A DNA stretch of 63,049 nt, counting the filler, from Chiloscyllium plagiosum (taxonomy: Eukaryota), in NCBI RefSeq assembly GCF_004010195.1. It is 4 parts of one record of this genome, joined end to end, with 100 filler letters (N's around TTAATTAATTAA, not from the genome) between each part and the next. Parts side by side here need not be neighbours in the genome. Positions count along the whole stretch, not along the records: positions 46,372 to 55,432 come from NC_057716.1; positions 55,533 to 63,049 come from NC_057716.1; 2 more parts are not named here. One strand, 5' to 3'. The notes under the pieces are model-generated. The model saw only the letters and a list, made by a program, of their open reading frames with translations. It was not told the DNA's origin and did no database searches. A program made the translations under genes and the position numbers. Shown piece by piece: positions 50,630 to 63,049 of this stretch; within the stretch, counting starts at the first letter, position 1; each line of letters starts with the position of its first letter.

Positions 50630-53065
50630 CTGTGCTGCTTTGGAAAATATAGGGGATGATGGACTCTCAGGGGAATGTATTATTGACAGTCAGGTTTCTG
50701 GTACTGAGACTGGCTCTATTGTAATGCAGGGTATGTCAGGTTCCAAGCGATCAATTGTGATTGGAAGTCTCTAGTCAAGGGCACCGACAGACGTTTCTGT
50801 GGCCGACAGCGAGACATCAGGATGGTGTGTTACCTGTCCGGATCAAGATGTCTCAGAGAGGCTACAGGATATTCTCAAAGGGGGCAGTGACCAGCAGGTT
50901 GCAATTAGATTAGATTAGGTTCCCTACAGTGTGGAAACAGGCCCTTCTGCCCAACAAGTCCACACCGACCCTCCGAAGAGCAATCCACCCAGACCCATTC
51001 CCCTACATTTACCCCTGCACCTAACACTACAGGCAATTTAGCATGGCCAATTCACCTGACCTGCACATCTTTGAACTGTGGGAGGAAACCAGAGCACCCG
51101 GAGGAAACCCACGGAGACACAGGGAGAATGTGCAAACTCTGCATAGACAGTCGCCCGAGGCTAGAATTGAACCCGGGTCCCCAGCACTGTGAGGCAGCAG
51201 TGCTAACCACTGAGCCACCGTGCCGTGTACATGTTGGTATTAACAACACAGAAAAAGAAAGGAATGAAGTTCTGAAGAGAGAATATAGGAAATTAGACAG
51301 AAGATTAAAAAGTAGGTCCTCAAGAGGAGCAGTATCTAGATTACTCATGGTGCTATGTGCTATTGAGAGTAGGAATAGTGGATAGAGCAGTTGAATGTGT
51401 GGCTGAGGAGCTGGTGCAGGAGGCAGGGATTCACATTATTGGATTATTGGAATCTCTTCTGGAGTATAAAAAGGAAGGGAAGTCAGAGAAATAAACAGTG
51501 ATAGCTTGAAAAGTGTCCTTATTACAGAGGAGAAGGTGCTAGACGTCTTAAAATGTATAAAGCTGGATAAATCCCCAGGACCTGCTCAAGTGTATCTGGG
51601 AACTTTGGGGAAACTAGAGAAGTGATTACTGAGCTCATTGCTGAGATATTTGTATCATCGATAGCCACAGGTGAGGTCCTGGAAGACTGGAGGGTGGCCA
51701 ATGTAGTGCCATTGTTTATGAAAGATGGCAAGGAAAAGCCAGCAAACTATACACTGGCAAGCTTGATATCAGTGATTAGGAAGTTATTGGAAGGGATTCT
51801 GAAGGACAGGATCTACATGTATTTGGAAAGGCAAGGACTGATTAAGGATAGTCAACACAACTTTGTGTGTAGGAAATTATGTCTCACTAATGGACTTCAA
51901 AAAGGCCTTAAGTAAGGTTCTGCATGGTAGACTGGTTAGCAAGGTTAGATCATATGGAATCCAAGGAAAGCCAGCTATTTAGATACAAAATTGACTTGAA
52001 GGTAGGAGATAGAGGATAGTGATGGAGGGCGTTTTTGGACTGGTGGCCTGTGATTAACAGTGTGCTGCAAGGATTAGAGCTGGATCTACTGGTTTTGTAA
52101 TTTATGTACTGTGAATATAGGAGAATGTGAATTTAGGAGGAATGATTAGTAAGTTTACTGATGACACCGAAATTGGTGGTGTAGTGAACAGCGAAGATTA
52201 CATCAGAGTACAATGGGACCTTGATCAGTTGGGCTGATGGGCCGAGGAGTGGCAGATGGAGTTTAATTTTGATAAATGTGAGGTGTTGCATCTTGGGAAG
52301 GCAAATCAGGCAGGACTTATACAGTTATTGGCAGGGCTCTTGGGTGTGTTGCCAAATAAAGAAACCTTGAGGTGGAGATTTATAGTTACTTGAAACTGGA
52401 GTCACAGACAGGCAGGGTAGTGAAGAGACATTTGATATGCTTGCCTTTATTGGCCAGTGCATTGAGTATAGAAGATGGGATGTCATGTTGTGGCTGTACA
52501 GGACATTGGTTAGGCTACTTTTAGAATACTGCATTCAATTCTGGTCTCCCTGCTATAAGAAAGATGTTGCTAAACTTGAACTGTACAAAAACGATTTACA
52601 AGGATGTTGCTAGGGTTGGGGGCTTTGAGCTAAAGGAAGAGGCTGACAGGCCGGGGCCATTTTCCCTGGAGTGTTGGAGGCTGAGGGTTGGCCTTATTGA
52701 GGTTTATGAAATCATGAGGGGCATGGTTAGAGTGAATAGCCAATGTGTATTTCTCAGGGTTGGAGAGTCAAACGGTAGGGGGCTTCAGTTTAAGGTGAGA
52801 GAGAAAAGATATACAAGGTATGTGAGGGCCAACTTTTTCACGCAGAGGGTGGTGCGTGTGTGAAATGAGCTGCCAGAGGAAGTGGTTGAGGCTAGTACAT
52901 TTATGCCATTTAAAAAACATCTGGATGGGTACCTGAATAGGAAGGGTTCAGAGAGATATGGGCTAAATGCTGGCAAATGGGACTAGATTAATTCAAGAAC
53001 TCTGGTCGGCATAGACAAGTTGGACTGAAGGGTCTGTTTCCCTCCTGCACAACTGTGTGATTCTT
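50630..53065 (+). mobile_element. Decayed, internally deleted CR1 LINE (ORF1 esterase, ORF2 RT and 3' UTR)
   Basis: ORF1 IVIG.S...HVGINN...LNVWLRSWCRRQGF; ORF2 [31 protein letters not shown]. Confidence 0.88.
50905..51224 (-). mobile_element. HE1-type V-SINE inserted in CR1 ORF1
   Basis: Full head, V-domain and (ctaat)n tail. Confidence 0.92.
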
Positions 53066-54251
53066 AAGTTTGACACCAGGGCAAAGTAGCTTACTTGAAT
53101 GGCACCACATCCACAAACATTCACTCCCTATGCCACCAGTGCCAGTAGCAGCAATGTGTATCATCTGTAAGATTAGGTGGAGCAGTTCCAAAAGCTTGTG
53201 CTTCCAAATAAGCCTGTTGGACTATAAGCTGGTGTTGTGTGATTTTTAACTTTGTATACCCCAGTCTAACACAGGCACCTCCAAATCACATCTATAAGAT
53301 GCAATTCAGAAATTTACCAAGGCTTCTTTTCCAGCTCTTTTCAATCCTATGACCATTATCATTTAGAAGGCCAAAGAGCAACAAATACAAAGGAACATCA
53401 CCATGTGCCAGTTCTCCTCCAAACCCAGTTCTGACTTGGAATTATATCGCTGTTCCTTTAGTATTCCTGGGTCAAATTCTGGGACCTACTTCCCTAACAG
53501 AAGTGAGTCTACAACAAAAAATAGATGGCAGCGGTTCAAGAATACAGCTCAGCAACATCTTCTCAAGGACAATTTGAAATGGGTTAAGCTGCAAAGTCCA
53601 AGTCTCCAGAAAAAAGAAAAGAAATGTCAAGTTCCTAAGGAACAGATAATTTCTAGCGTAGATATATATGTAAATAACTGGTCCTCAGACAGAGAGGGGA
53701 GACTGACTCATAAAAATGTAGATGTGTATGGTATGATATGAGTTCAAGTTCAGACTGAGACTCCAATGTACTAAATTATGTTAAATAGTCTGACAACATT
53801 TAGCAGGTTAGGTCTCACACAAGCAATATGATGCACAAAGTGGAGGAATGTAGCTGGTGTATGTGGAATTCTGCAAGCATGAGTCAGCTTTGTTAAAAGT
53901 TGAGAAGCCGAAAATTTGCATGTCATATCCTTTTTATGCCCCAAAGCATTTTAGTTAGAGGCAATAAACACTTTTGAAGTGTTTCTTTTATCAAGGACTT
54001 ATTAACAGCCAGATAAAAATATTGGCTAGTGGATGTGAAACTTTTTTAAACTACCTGAAAAATGCAGACATGCTCCAGATTGCAGCAACATCTCTTGATG
54101 ATGTAGCATTTCCTCTCTAGTACACTGTCAATTTGACCATAATCAATAGAAACTGGATTGTAGGCATCTCTGTTAGTGAGAAGCAATTGGTTACATAGCT
54201 TGAGGGACAATGAAAGATTGTGGGATAGTCAATTACCAAAGGATATCATCG

Positions 54252-55020
54252 TAGAGTCATAGAGATGTACAGAATGGGAGCAGACCCGGTCCAACCCGTC
54301 CATACCAACCAGATATCCCAACCCAACCTAGTCCCATCTGCCAACACCCGGCTCATATCCCTTCAAACCCTTCCTATTCATATACCCATCCAAATGCCTC
54401 TTAAATGTTGCAATTGTACCAGCTTCCACCAGTTCCTCTGGCAGCTCATTCCATACACGTATCACCCTCTGTGTGAAAAAGTTGCCCCGTAGGTCTCTTT
54501 TTTATCTTTCCCCTCTCACCCAAAATCTATGCCCTCTAGTTCTGGACTTCCCACCCCAGTGAAAAGACTTTGCCTATTTATCCTATCCATGCCCCTCATA
54601 ATTTTGTAAACCTCTATAAGGTCACCCCTCAGCCTCCGACGCTCCAGGGAAAACAGCCCCAGCCTGTTCAGCCTCTCCCTGTAGCTCAAATCCTCCAACC
54701 CTGGCAACATCCTTGTAAATCTTTTCTGAAGCCTTTCTCCGAATAAGAGGTTGCACATTTATGATGGAGGTGAGGAGGAATCTCTTCTCTCAGAGGGTAG
54801 TGAATCTATGGCATTCTGTATGATAGAGGATTACTGAGGCTGGGATGTTTAACTATATTGCATAGTATACAGATTTTTAATCAGCAAGGGAATCAAGGGT
54901 CATAGTGAAAAGGCAAGGAAAGTAGAGTTAAGGATTATCAGATCAATCAGGTTTTCACTGAAAGCTGAGTAGTCTTGATGGACTGAATGGCCTACATCTG
55001 CTCCTATATTTTATGGTCCT
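54252..55020. mobile_element. Two CR1 3' ends (minus 54252-54735; plus 54740-55020)
   Basis: RFTRMLPGLEDLSYRERLNRLGLFSLERRRLRGDLIEVYKIM. Confidence 0.88.
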
Positions 55021-55254
55021 GCACAGAAACCAGGGCAAGGAGGTACACCTCCATGAACTACACTGGGAAGCACAGGAATTGTATCTGTATTTTTAGTATC
55101 CCTTTAGCCACTGAGCTAATTGACCCTTCTCAAGGGCAACTTTCAGGCTGAGGCGATAAATGGCCCCAAGCTCCGGCTGGTGTCTAAAGCAGCATTTCAA
55201 ATGTGCAAGTCTCTGGAATGAAGTCGAAGATCAGCAACGATGGTAATCTCAACG

Positions 55255-55432
55255 AGGTAAAAACAATGACTGCAGATGCTGGAAACCAGATTCTTGATTC
55301 GTGGTCCTGGAAGAGCACAGCAGTTCAGGTAGCATCCAAGGAGCAGCGAAATCGACGTTTCGGGCAAAAGCCCTTCATCAGGAATAAAGGCAGTGAGCCT
55401 GAAGTGTGGAGAGATAAGCTAGAGGAGGGTGG
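55255..55432 (-). mobile_element. PLE family A terminus with an intact hammerhead (55351-55385)
   Basis: Minus AUUC CUGAUGA A GGGC-UUUU-GCCC GAAA CGUC GAU. Confidence 0.85.
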
Positions 55433-55532
55433 NNNNNNNNNNNNNNNNNNNNNNNNNNNNNNNNNNNNNNNNNNNNTTAATTAATTAANNNNNNNNNNNN
55501 NNNNNNNNNNNNNNNNNNNNNNNNNNNNNNNN

Positions 55533-55770
55533 TCCATCTCTGAGGCACTCCACAAAGTCTCTTTCTTGTGGTCCAATACCATCCTGATTCTCCCAATCTA
55601 CCTGCATGTTGAAATCCCCCATAACAACTGTAGTAACATCTTTGCGACAGGCCAATTTCAGCTCCTGATTTAACTTCCATCCGACATCCAGACTACTGTT
55701 TGGGGGCCTATAGATAACTCCCAAGAGGGTCTTTTTACCCTTAGTATTTCTCAGCTCTGTCCACACTAAT
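55533..55770 (-). mobile_element. CR1 APE endonuclease fragment
   Basis: LLGVIYRPPNS...VVMGDFN. Confidence 0.9.
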
Positions 55771-56597
55771 AATTGGTATGTTGGTTAAATTAAAATGCAT
55801 CCAACTGCATTCACTTATACTAGAATTAAAAGCCGATTGGTTTGTGCATTCGTACGCATTGTTTTAAATTGTACATGCTTTGAAAGAAAAGAATTATTTG
55901 TATGTTGGCTTTCACTAAGTGATATTGGTTTTCATTGTTAAAATGAATGCTCGAATGACTTTGAGTACCTGCCTGGCACTTGTATTCCGATGATGTAAGT
56001 TGTTTACTGATCATTACTTGAACATGAAACTAATTGTACATACAAACTCATTCTAACTATTATATAATATGGTTTAGAGTACTCACTGAATAGTTACAAC
56101 CACAACTCCATCCTTTTGAAGGTGACTAGGAATTAAGTGGCTGCACTGATTACATTGCCAGTGTGCTGGATTTGTTTATTAAAGGAGAACAAAACAGAAT
56201 ATTGTTCTTATATAATGGTGGAAAAAATGCAGTTGAAACCTTTGTGAAAGATCGATGCAAATGAGGTTGAAGTCTCATTGATGCTGGACAAATGTCCACA
56301 AATATTGTCTGATTTAATGAGCACTGGTTTATTGTTCTTTAGGAATACATCATGTGAATTTATGATTTCTGATTTATTTGAATATCGTGGCTTACATGGG
56401 GGTGCAGTGATAATTTTGAAATACCAGTGTTGATGTAAATTGGAATGACCATAGCACATGAAGACCACTGTCATTTGTAGGATGGACGATCATAGTCACT
56501 GACTGTATAAGACTCACATTTAAAATCAAACTTTACAATGTCAGTTGAAAAATGCTGCATGGGAGCTTTGCTCAGAAACAATTTGGAATGACATGCA

Positions 56598-56820
56598 ATG
56601 CGTGTATGGAATGAACTGCCTGGGGAAGCAGTGGAGGCTAATACAATTACAACATTTTAAAGGCTTCTGGATGGATATATGAATAGGAAGAGTTTAGAAG
56701 GATATGGGACAAGTGCTGGTAAATGAGACTAGATTAGTTTAGGATATCTGGTCAGCATGGACGAGTTGAACCGAAGGGTCTGTTTCCATGTTGTAGATAT
56801 CTATGACTCTATGACTCTGA
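56598..56820 (+). mobile_element. CR1/HER1 3' end
   Basis: tggaatgaactgcc...gaagggtctgtttcc...ctatgactctatgactct. Confidence 0.85.
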
Positions 56821-57357
56821 GACATAACAAGAGTAAAGGTGACTGTGAAGTTCTCTGTTCGTTGCCATCCTGTGGCTTGTACTGCCTGGCATCTTTACTT
56901 CCCTTAAGCTGTTTTAGCCTTTAATTCTGTACTGTACCTCCCTGCTTCTGTATCTGAATCACCCTTGTAATATGTGCCTTTGAAAGTGCTTACCTGCTGC
57001 AGAATGAGAGTGAGAAATGTAGTTCAGTTGAAGTTCTGGGTCGTAATTTTAACTTTGAGTTATGGTACTTATGTGTTATCGAATTAACCACCCATTGTGT
57101 ACCTTGTGGTACTTTCTCGACTTTTACAGTTCATGTTGTAGCAATCAGAGCAAACTTAACATCACACTCTCAGACAAAATTAAAATGACTACATTCTGAT
57201 ATTCTCCTTTCTAATCCAATGTTAATAGGTTCAACTATAGTCTAACATCGTCTACCTTGACTAACAATCATGAATTCAGTACAGCCAAAAGGGTGATGCT
57301 GGATCCTTCCTGATCTACATAGCTCAGCTGTTCAGTACTTACCATTTTAAACTGAGG

Positions 57358-57480
57358 TCCTAACTTGTGGTGCAATGGTAGTATCCCTATCTGTGTACCT
57401 GGAGGCCCAGTTTCAAGTATCCATTTACTCCAGAGGTGTATATTGACATTTCTGCACATGTTGACTAAATAATATCTAGA
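57358..57480 (+). mobile_element. Short tRNA-derived SINE remnant
   Basis: Box A-like tggtgcaatggtag and box B-like agtttcaagtat at tRNA spacing. Confidence 0.45.
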
Positions 57481-57710
57481 GGAACCTTCTACTTGCCTCC
57501 AGTGAGAAAGTAGCTGAAGTTATCCATGAATTCTGCTTTCAATACTGTCAGTCTATGATCCTATTCATGTTATGTTAATTCTATAAGGACATTGATGAAA
57601 TTTTCAACAAGAATAGATTTGGCGTGTAATTTATCCATTTCTGCTGTGGACCATGACAGCATGATTTAAAATTATGATCATGCAAAGATTGAATTAATTT
57701 TGGTCTCCAG

Positions 57711-57806
57711 GGAAGCCACTGGCACTTCCTATCGGCTGGAGAACAGATAATGCATATATGAAGTATTCAAAAGCGCTGATGTTCCATTTCACACTGTCAA
57801 AGGCTC
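57711..57806 (+). CDS. Candidate 96-bp symmetric (phase 1-1) internal exon of an unidentified gene
   Basis: ttttggtctccag acceptor, GTAAGT donor, length divisible by 3, one open frame (xKPLALPIGWRTDNAYMKYSKALMFHFTLSKA); no homolog recognised. Confidence 0.25.
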
Positions 57807-59382
57807 GTAAGTTGGCACTTTACATTTTTAAACGCCTACTCTATCAATAGAGAAGGACATTATTGTCTTTTGCTTGCAATACTATGAAAATATTGAGAGG
57901 GTTATTTATGCTGGATAAAACAGACATCGATGCGATCACTTGCTGTCACTGGGCATTTTCTGTGGCATTCAGTGCAATAGTGTGCAGTCTGCAGTGGCTG
58001 TTGGCTTGCCAACGATTGATGAAGTAGGAAACAGTGAAACTTGAAATGCCAGCTGATTACAGGACAATGCAACATTCAGTCTAAATTCCACATTGTGCCT
58101 CACAGCAGGCAACCAGAGTGATTTTACTTGAATATTCATCATTATAAATATCTCTTTACTGTACTCTGTATTTAGTGCAAACCACATGAAGTACACACGT
58201 CTTGCTAAGGAACATGTTTTTCACTACTTTAAAAGAGCAATATTAATAGCAAAAACATGGTGATTGACTCTGTCCATGAATGCGAGTACATAGGCAAAGT
58301 ATAGTGTGGAAATCTGAACTAAAACTTCATCAACATATACAGTATAATGCAATGCCTTCCACCAAAGGAAATGTCCAAAGTTCTGTCAAGGAGCAGTATA
58401 AAATAACACAACACCAGGCCAGATCAGGAGTTATCAGAATGGGTCACCAACAATTTAGCCAAAGAGTGCATGTTAGGGACTGTTTTAAAACATAAGCAGG
58501 GAGGTGTATGGAGGGTGCTCCACATTTTAGGGCCTAGGCAGAAAAACAGAAAGTACTGGAAATTATCCTGAGGTCATGGAGAGAGAAAGACAAAGTTTTG
58601 GGTCTGTGATCCTTTATCGGAACTTGGAGTAATTGGCCGGCAAGGTTTTTGTGAGGAGGTGGTGGGGGGTGGGGGGTGGGGGGGTGCAGAGCTGAGCTTG
58701 AAAATTACCACCTAATATTGGACTAGGTGCATATTGACCTTCTGGACTCAGCATTGGATCTGATAGTTGACTCTGTACCCATCCTTTTAGATGATAACCC
58801 TTGGCAATGATATTATTCTGCCCATTTATATCTCCTCTAGATATTTTTTGTTTTTACATTTGCACCATTGCAATCTCTAATTGTCTTCACCTTTGTGCCT
58901 TTTGTTATTTAATCTGTCTTCCTTTTCACTTTCCTAAAACTTCCCTCCATACCTTTCCTTGCTGTTACTTAAAAATAATTTCACCTCCAAGTATTCCCAA
59001 TTCCTACAGTTTCTGCAAACAGAATATTTTTCAAGTGTGCGGAGTGAGAGCTGTATCAAATTATGCTGGGTACTGGCTGAGTTCAAATGAAGACTATAAG
59101 CAGACATGGAGGGTGAGGGTTAGAGGGCCTAATGAGAGAAAGTGAGGACTGCAGGTGCTGAAGTGGAAAGGCACAGCAGGTCAGGCAGCATCCAAGGAAC
59201 AGGAGAATTGAGACTCAGCCTAATGGCTTCTAAAATAAAGAAAGGAGATAGCTCTTCAGATCACTCCATCTCAGCACTAATCCACCCCTGACATGTCAGC
59301 CTGCCTTCTGCTTCTAGAGACAGCGAGCCCTCCACCTCCCCAGTTGAGTGAAAATTATGTGTTTTGTGACTTTTTTACTGAG

Positions 59383-60232
59383 GTCATAGAGTCATAGGGT
59401 CATACAGCATGAAAACTGACTCTTCAATCCAACCAGTCCATACCAAACATAATCCCAAATTAAACTCGTCCCACCTACTTGCGCCTGGCCCATATCCCTG
59501 TAAACATTTCCTATTCATGTATCTATCCAAATGTCTTTTAAATGTTGCAATTGTATCTGCATCCATCACTTTTTCAGGAAGTTGCAGGGTGGCACGGTGG
59601 CTCTATGGTTAACACTGCTGCCTCACAACACCACGGATCTGGGTTTGATCCCAGCCTTGGGTGACTGTCTATGTGGAGTTTGCACATTCCCCCTGTGTCA
59701 GCGTGGGATTCCTCCCACAATCCAAAGATGTGCAAGTCAGATGGATTGGCCATGCTAAATTGCTCATAGTGTTAGGTGCATTAGTCAGAGGGAATTAGGC
59801 CTGGATGGGTTACTCTTTGGAGGGTCAGTATGTATTTCTTGGGCCAAATGGCCTGTTTGCACATTGTAGATAATCTAAGTTCGTTGTACCTGTGAACCAC
59901 CCTCTGTGTAAAATAAATTGCCGCTTGTGTCTTTTTCAAATCTCTCTCCTCTCACGTTAAACATGTGCCCCCTTGTCTTGAAATCCTCCATCCTAGGGAA
60001 AAGACAATGACTATTAACTCTATCTGTACCCCTCATTATTTTATAAACTTCTATCAGGTCACTTCACAACCTCCTATACTTCAGTGAAACAAAATCCCAA
60101 CACCTTTTATAACTCAAACCTTCCGTACCTGGCAACATGCTGGTAAATCTCTTCTGAACCCTCTCCAGTTTGATAATATCCCTCCTATAACTGGGTGACC
60201 AACACTGGACACAATATACCAGAAGAGGTCTG
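59383..60232 (-). mobile_element. CR1 3' end with an inserted HE1 SINE (59587-59878, plus)
   Basis: TFKRHLDRYMNRK motif; SINE head gggtggcacggtggctc. Confidence 0.85.
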
Positions 60233-60904
60233 GAGTCTGGAGAGTTGTGATTCTTGCCGCCTTGAGCTCAGTCAGTTCTGAAAATCTAAGCCACAGTGTT
60301 TTTTCTGCATTGGCATTTTTCACAAACCTTGCAATGATCTTGCACAAAGCAGCATTCCACCTCTGCCGAAATCCAGTGGATTAGTCAAAATCAATGCTCC
60401 TTTGTAAAATTTCAACATGAGTTATCTTGAGTGTCTACAATGTAAAAGTAGTCGACATCCTCACAGGTAGAAACAGACTTTCTTCAAGTGAGGTGCACCT
60501 GGATTCTGACAAGAAAAGCTCATAGGATTTCGAGATCTGTCTGATGCGTTTCACAGCTTGTTTTGTTGTTTCTCTAATCTTTGAGGTATTCTACAGGAGC
60601 TTTTAAATGAAAAAACCACCTGCTTTGACTGAAAACCCAGTTTTACTCTGACCAGACAAAGGAAAGCCCCAGCAAGATTTAACAACAGTTATAACTCTGC
60701 AAATGCCAACTGATTTATCTGTTCTGGAACTGTACACTTTGCTGACATGGCTATGTTTATTAACCAGCTCCAGTTTTCTTAATTATTGTGCTAGTGGGGT
60801 CTTTTCCTGAACTGCACAGCCCTTAGAGTGGAGGTGCTCAGACACCAGTGTTATACAGTTCACGAGATATCAGGATATATTAACCAATGATTCGAGAGGA
60901 ACAA

Positions 60905-61272
60905 ATCATAGAATCCCTACAGTGGGGAAACAGGCCCTTCGGCCCAACAAGCCCACACCCCATTCCTCCGAAGAGTAACCCAACCAGACCCATTCCCTTA
61001 CCTTATTATCCTATATTTTATCCTGAATAATGCAACTAACTTTCACATCCCTGAGCACTATGGGCAACTTAGCATGACCAATTCACCTAACCTGTGTATC
61101 TTTGGATTGTGGGAGGAAACTGGAGTACCTTGAGGAAACCCAAGCAGACTCGGGGAGAATATGCAAACTCCACACAGGCAGTCGCCCAAGGCTGGATTCG
61201 AACCTGGATCCCTGGTGCTGTGCTCACCACTGTGCTTCTGTGTGTCCCCACTACTGTGCCATCATGCTGCCC
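60905..61272 (-). mobile_element. HE1-type V-SINE
   Basis: V-domain and gaagggcctgtttcc tail on minus. Confidence 0.85.
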
Positions 61273-61399
61273 CTTCTCCCAGTGTGTGCACCTTCTCCCA
61301 TTAATGCTCCTACCCGTTTTTCTGGTAGTTCCCTGTTTAGCCTCGTGGATGCACAGGAAGCCTTTAATAGTGTAACTCCCAAGCAAAGTCTTTAAGAAA

Positions 61400-62030
61400 T
61401 GCTGGCATTTACTGGTCAGTGCTTTGAGTTCAGGAGTTGGGAGGTCATGTAACGGCTGTACAGGACACTGGTTAGGCCACTTTTGGAATACTGCATTCAA
61501 TTCTGGTTTCCCTGCTATAGCAATGATGTTGCAAAACTTGAAGGAATTCAGAAAAAGTTTACAAATATGCTGCCAGGGTGGGAGGGTTTGAGCTGTAGGG
61601 AGAGGCTGAATAGGCTGGGGCTGTTTTTCCTGGAGTGTCAAAGGCTGAAGGGTGACCTTAGAGTTTTCTAAAATCATGAAGGGCATAAATAGGCTAAATA
61701 GCCAAGGCCTTTTTCCAAGGGTAGGGGAGTCCAAAACTAGAGAGCGTAGGTATAAGGTGAGAGGGAAAAAAATTAAAAGGGCCTAAGGGGCAACTTTTCA
61801 CGCAGAAAGTGGAGCCCGTATGGAATCCTAGAGGAAAAGATGGAGGCTGGTACAATTACAATATTTAAAATGCATCTGGATGAGTATATGAATGGGAAGG
61901 GTTTCAAGGGATTTGGGCCAAATGCTAGCAAATGGTACTAGACAAATTTAGGATATCTGGTCAGCATAGGCGAGTTCGACTGAAGGGCCTATTTCAGTGT
62001 TGTACAGTTGTATGACTCAATGACTCTATC
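61400..62030 (+). mobile_element. CR1/HER1 3' end
   Basis: [12 protein letters not shown]...RERLNRLGLF. Confidence 0.9.
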
Positions 62031-62094
62031 AGTTTAATCAGTAGAGTATAATACACAAATCAGAGCTAACTAGAGTCAGGTGTCATTACAGAGA

Positions 62095-62520
62095 TGATTT
62101 GGAGACAGGCACACAGACATGCACACAGGCACTCCTGCACACTCCTACAAACACACACACACTCCCACACTCTCAAATGCACCCTCTCACAGACTTAGAC
62201 CCCTTTACACTCACGCATACACACATATACACTTTCTCTCACAGACACTCACAACCACCCATCCCAGACAGACAGACAGACAGACAGACACACACACACA
62301 CACATACACACACACACACAAACCCACATGCGCACATATGCATATATGTTTGCAGGTGAATTTGCACTTGCAGCATTACGTTGTATTTTACTCAAAAACT
62401 GGATGAATCCATGTAAGACTCTGTTAACTCATTTTTTACATTAGAATCAGTCTAAACATTATGGCACAGACAGGGAACACAGGGGGCTAATACCTTCAAC
62501 TTCTTACCTGGGCTGACACC
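62095..62520 (+). mobile_element. PLE family B 3' region fragment, (CA)n-rich
   Basis: Reverse complement of about 31010-31420. Confidence 0.75.
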
Positions 62521-63049
62521 AGTGAGGCAAGGAATAGGGAGAGAGTGCAGTTGAACACATGGCTGCAAGGATGGTGTAGGAGGGAGGGCTTCAGGTATTT
62601 GGACAATTGGACTGCATTCTGGGGAAGGTGGGACCTGTACAAGCAGGACGGGTTGCACTTGAACCAGAAGGGCACCAATATCCTGGGGAGTAGGTTTGCT
62701 AGCAATCTTCGGGGGGTTTTAAACAAATTTGGCAGGGGGATGGGATCCGGACTTGTAGTCCAGCAAGTAGGCTAGCTGTTTGTCAGGATGTCCAAGAATG
62801 TAGGGAGGCTGTGAAGAAGGTAGCACTGACAGGGAATACTTGCGGACACAGAGATGGGCTCAAGAGTGTACACTTCAACGCAAGGAGTATCAGAAATAAG
62901 GTAGGTGAACTTAAGGCGTGGATCGGTACCTGGGACTACGATGTTGCGGCCATCACGGAAAGGTGATTAGAAGAGGGACAGGAATGGTTGTTGGAGGTTC
63001 CTGGTTACAGATGTTTCAGTAAGATTAGGGAGAGTGGTAAAAAAGGAGG
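62520..63049 (+). mobile_element. CR1 ORF1 C-terminus and start of ORF2 endonuclease
   Basis: DLYKQDGLHLNQKG; FNARSIRNKVGELKAW...DVAAITE...VPGYRCF. Confidence 0.92.

Noticed and set aside
28168..55532. Chimeric PLE-CR1 element suggested by PLE and CR1 flanking all three spacers
   Set aside because: Orientations and positions are inconsistent between gaps; contigs simply end in young high-copy repeats
56862..56878. Second CTCF motif (GCCACAGGATGGCAAC on minus)
   Set aside because: Mismatch at the conserved AG core position; expected by chance
58655..58686. G-quadruplex-forming G tract
   Set aside because: Low-complexity tract inside a decayed PLE-like remnant; no supporting context
1..63049. 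Inverted CR1 ORF1 copies at both window ends as terminal inverted repeats of a giant element
   Set aside because: Both are internal parts of an abundant LINE, with no TIR or TSD structure; likely coincidence or scaffold ends

Overview
Eukaryotic, repeat-dominated, apparently intronic or intergenic DNA. The repeat complement (HE1-type V-SINEs, SacSINE1-type DeuSINEs, HER1/CR1 LINEs) points to a cartilaginous fish, probably a shark; this is an inference. No intact multi-exon host gene is evident, and there is only one weak candidate 96-bp exon (57711-57806). Most of the window is decayed mobile DNA: many CR1 LINE pieces, a second CR1-like LINE, Rex1/Babar 3' ends, Gypsy gag fossils, Tigger-like MITEs, a PIF/Harbinger transposase fossil and at least three Penelope-like (PLE) families. 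The most striking signal is a set of minimal type-I hammerhead ribozyme motifs (CUGA-N-GA / stem II / GAAA / 4-nt palindromic stem III / cleavage triplet), each lying sense to and 3' of a PLE GIY-YIG ORF. They also occur in short ORF-less copies that are tandem, palindromic or nested inside another hammerhead-bearing PLE family with target-site duplications. Also present are a 36/37-bp minisatellite carrying the RSS heptamer CACAGTG in nearly every unit, a 1.4-kb local duplication, a CTCF-like motif, and assembly gaps including artificial N44-TTAATTAATTAA-N44 spacers. All family assignments come from manual translation and recall, not database searches, and coordinates of decayed repeats are approximate.
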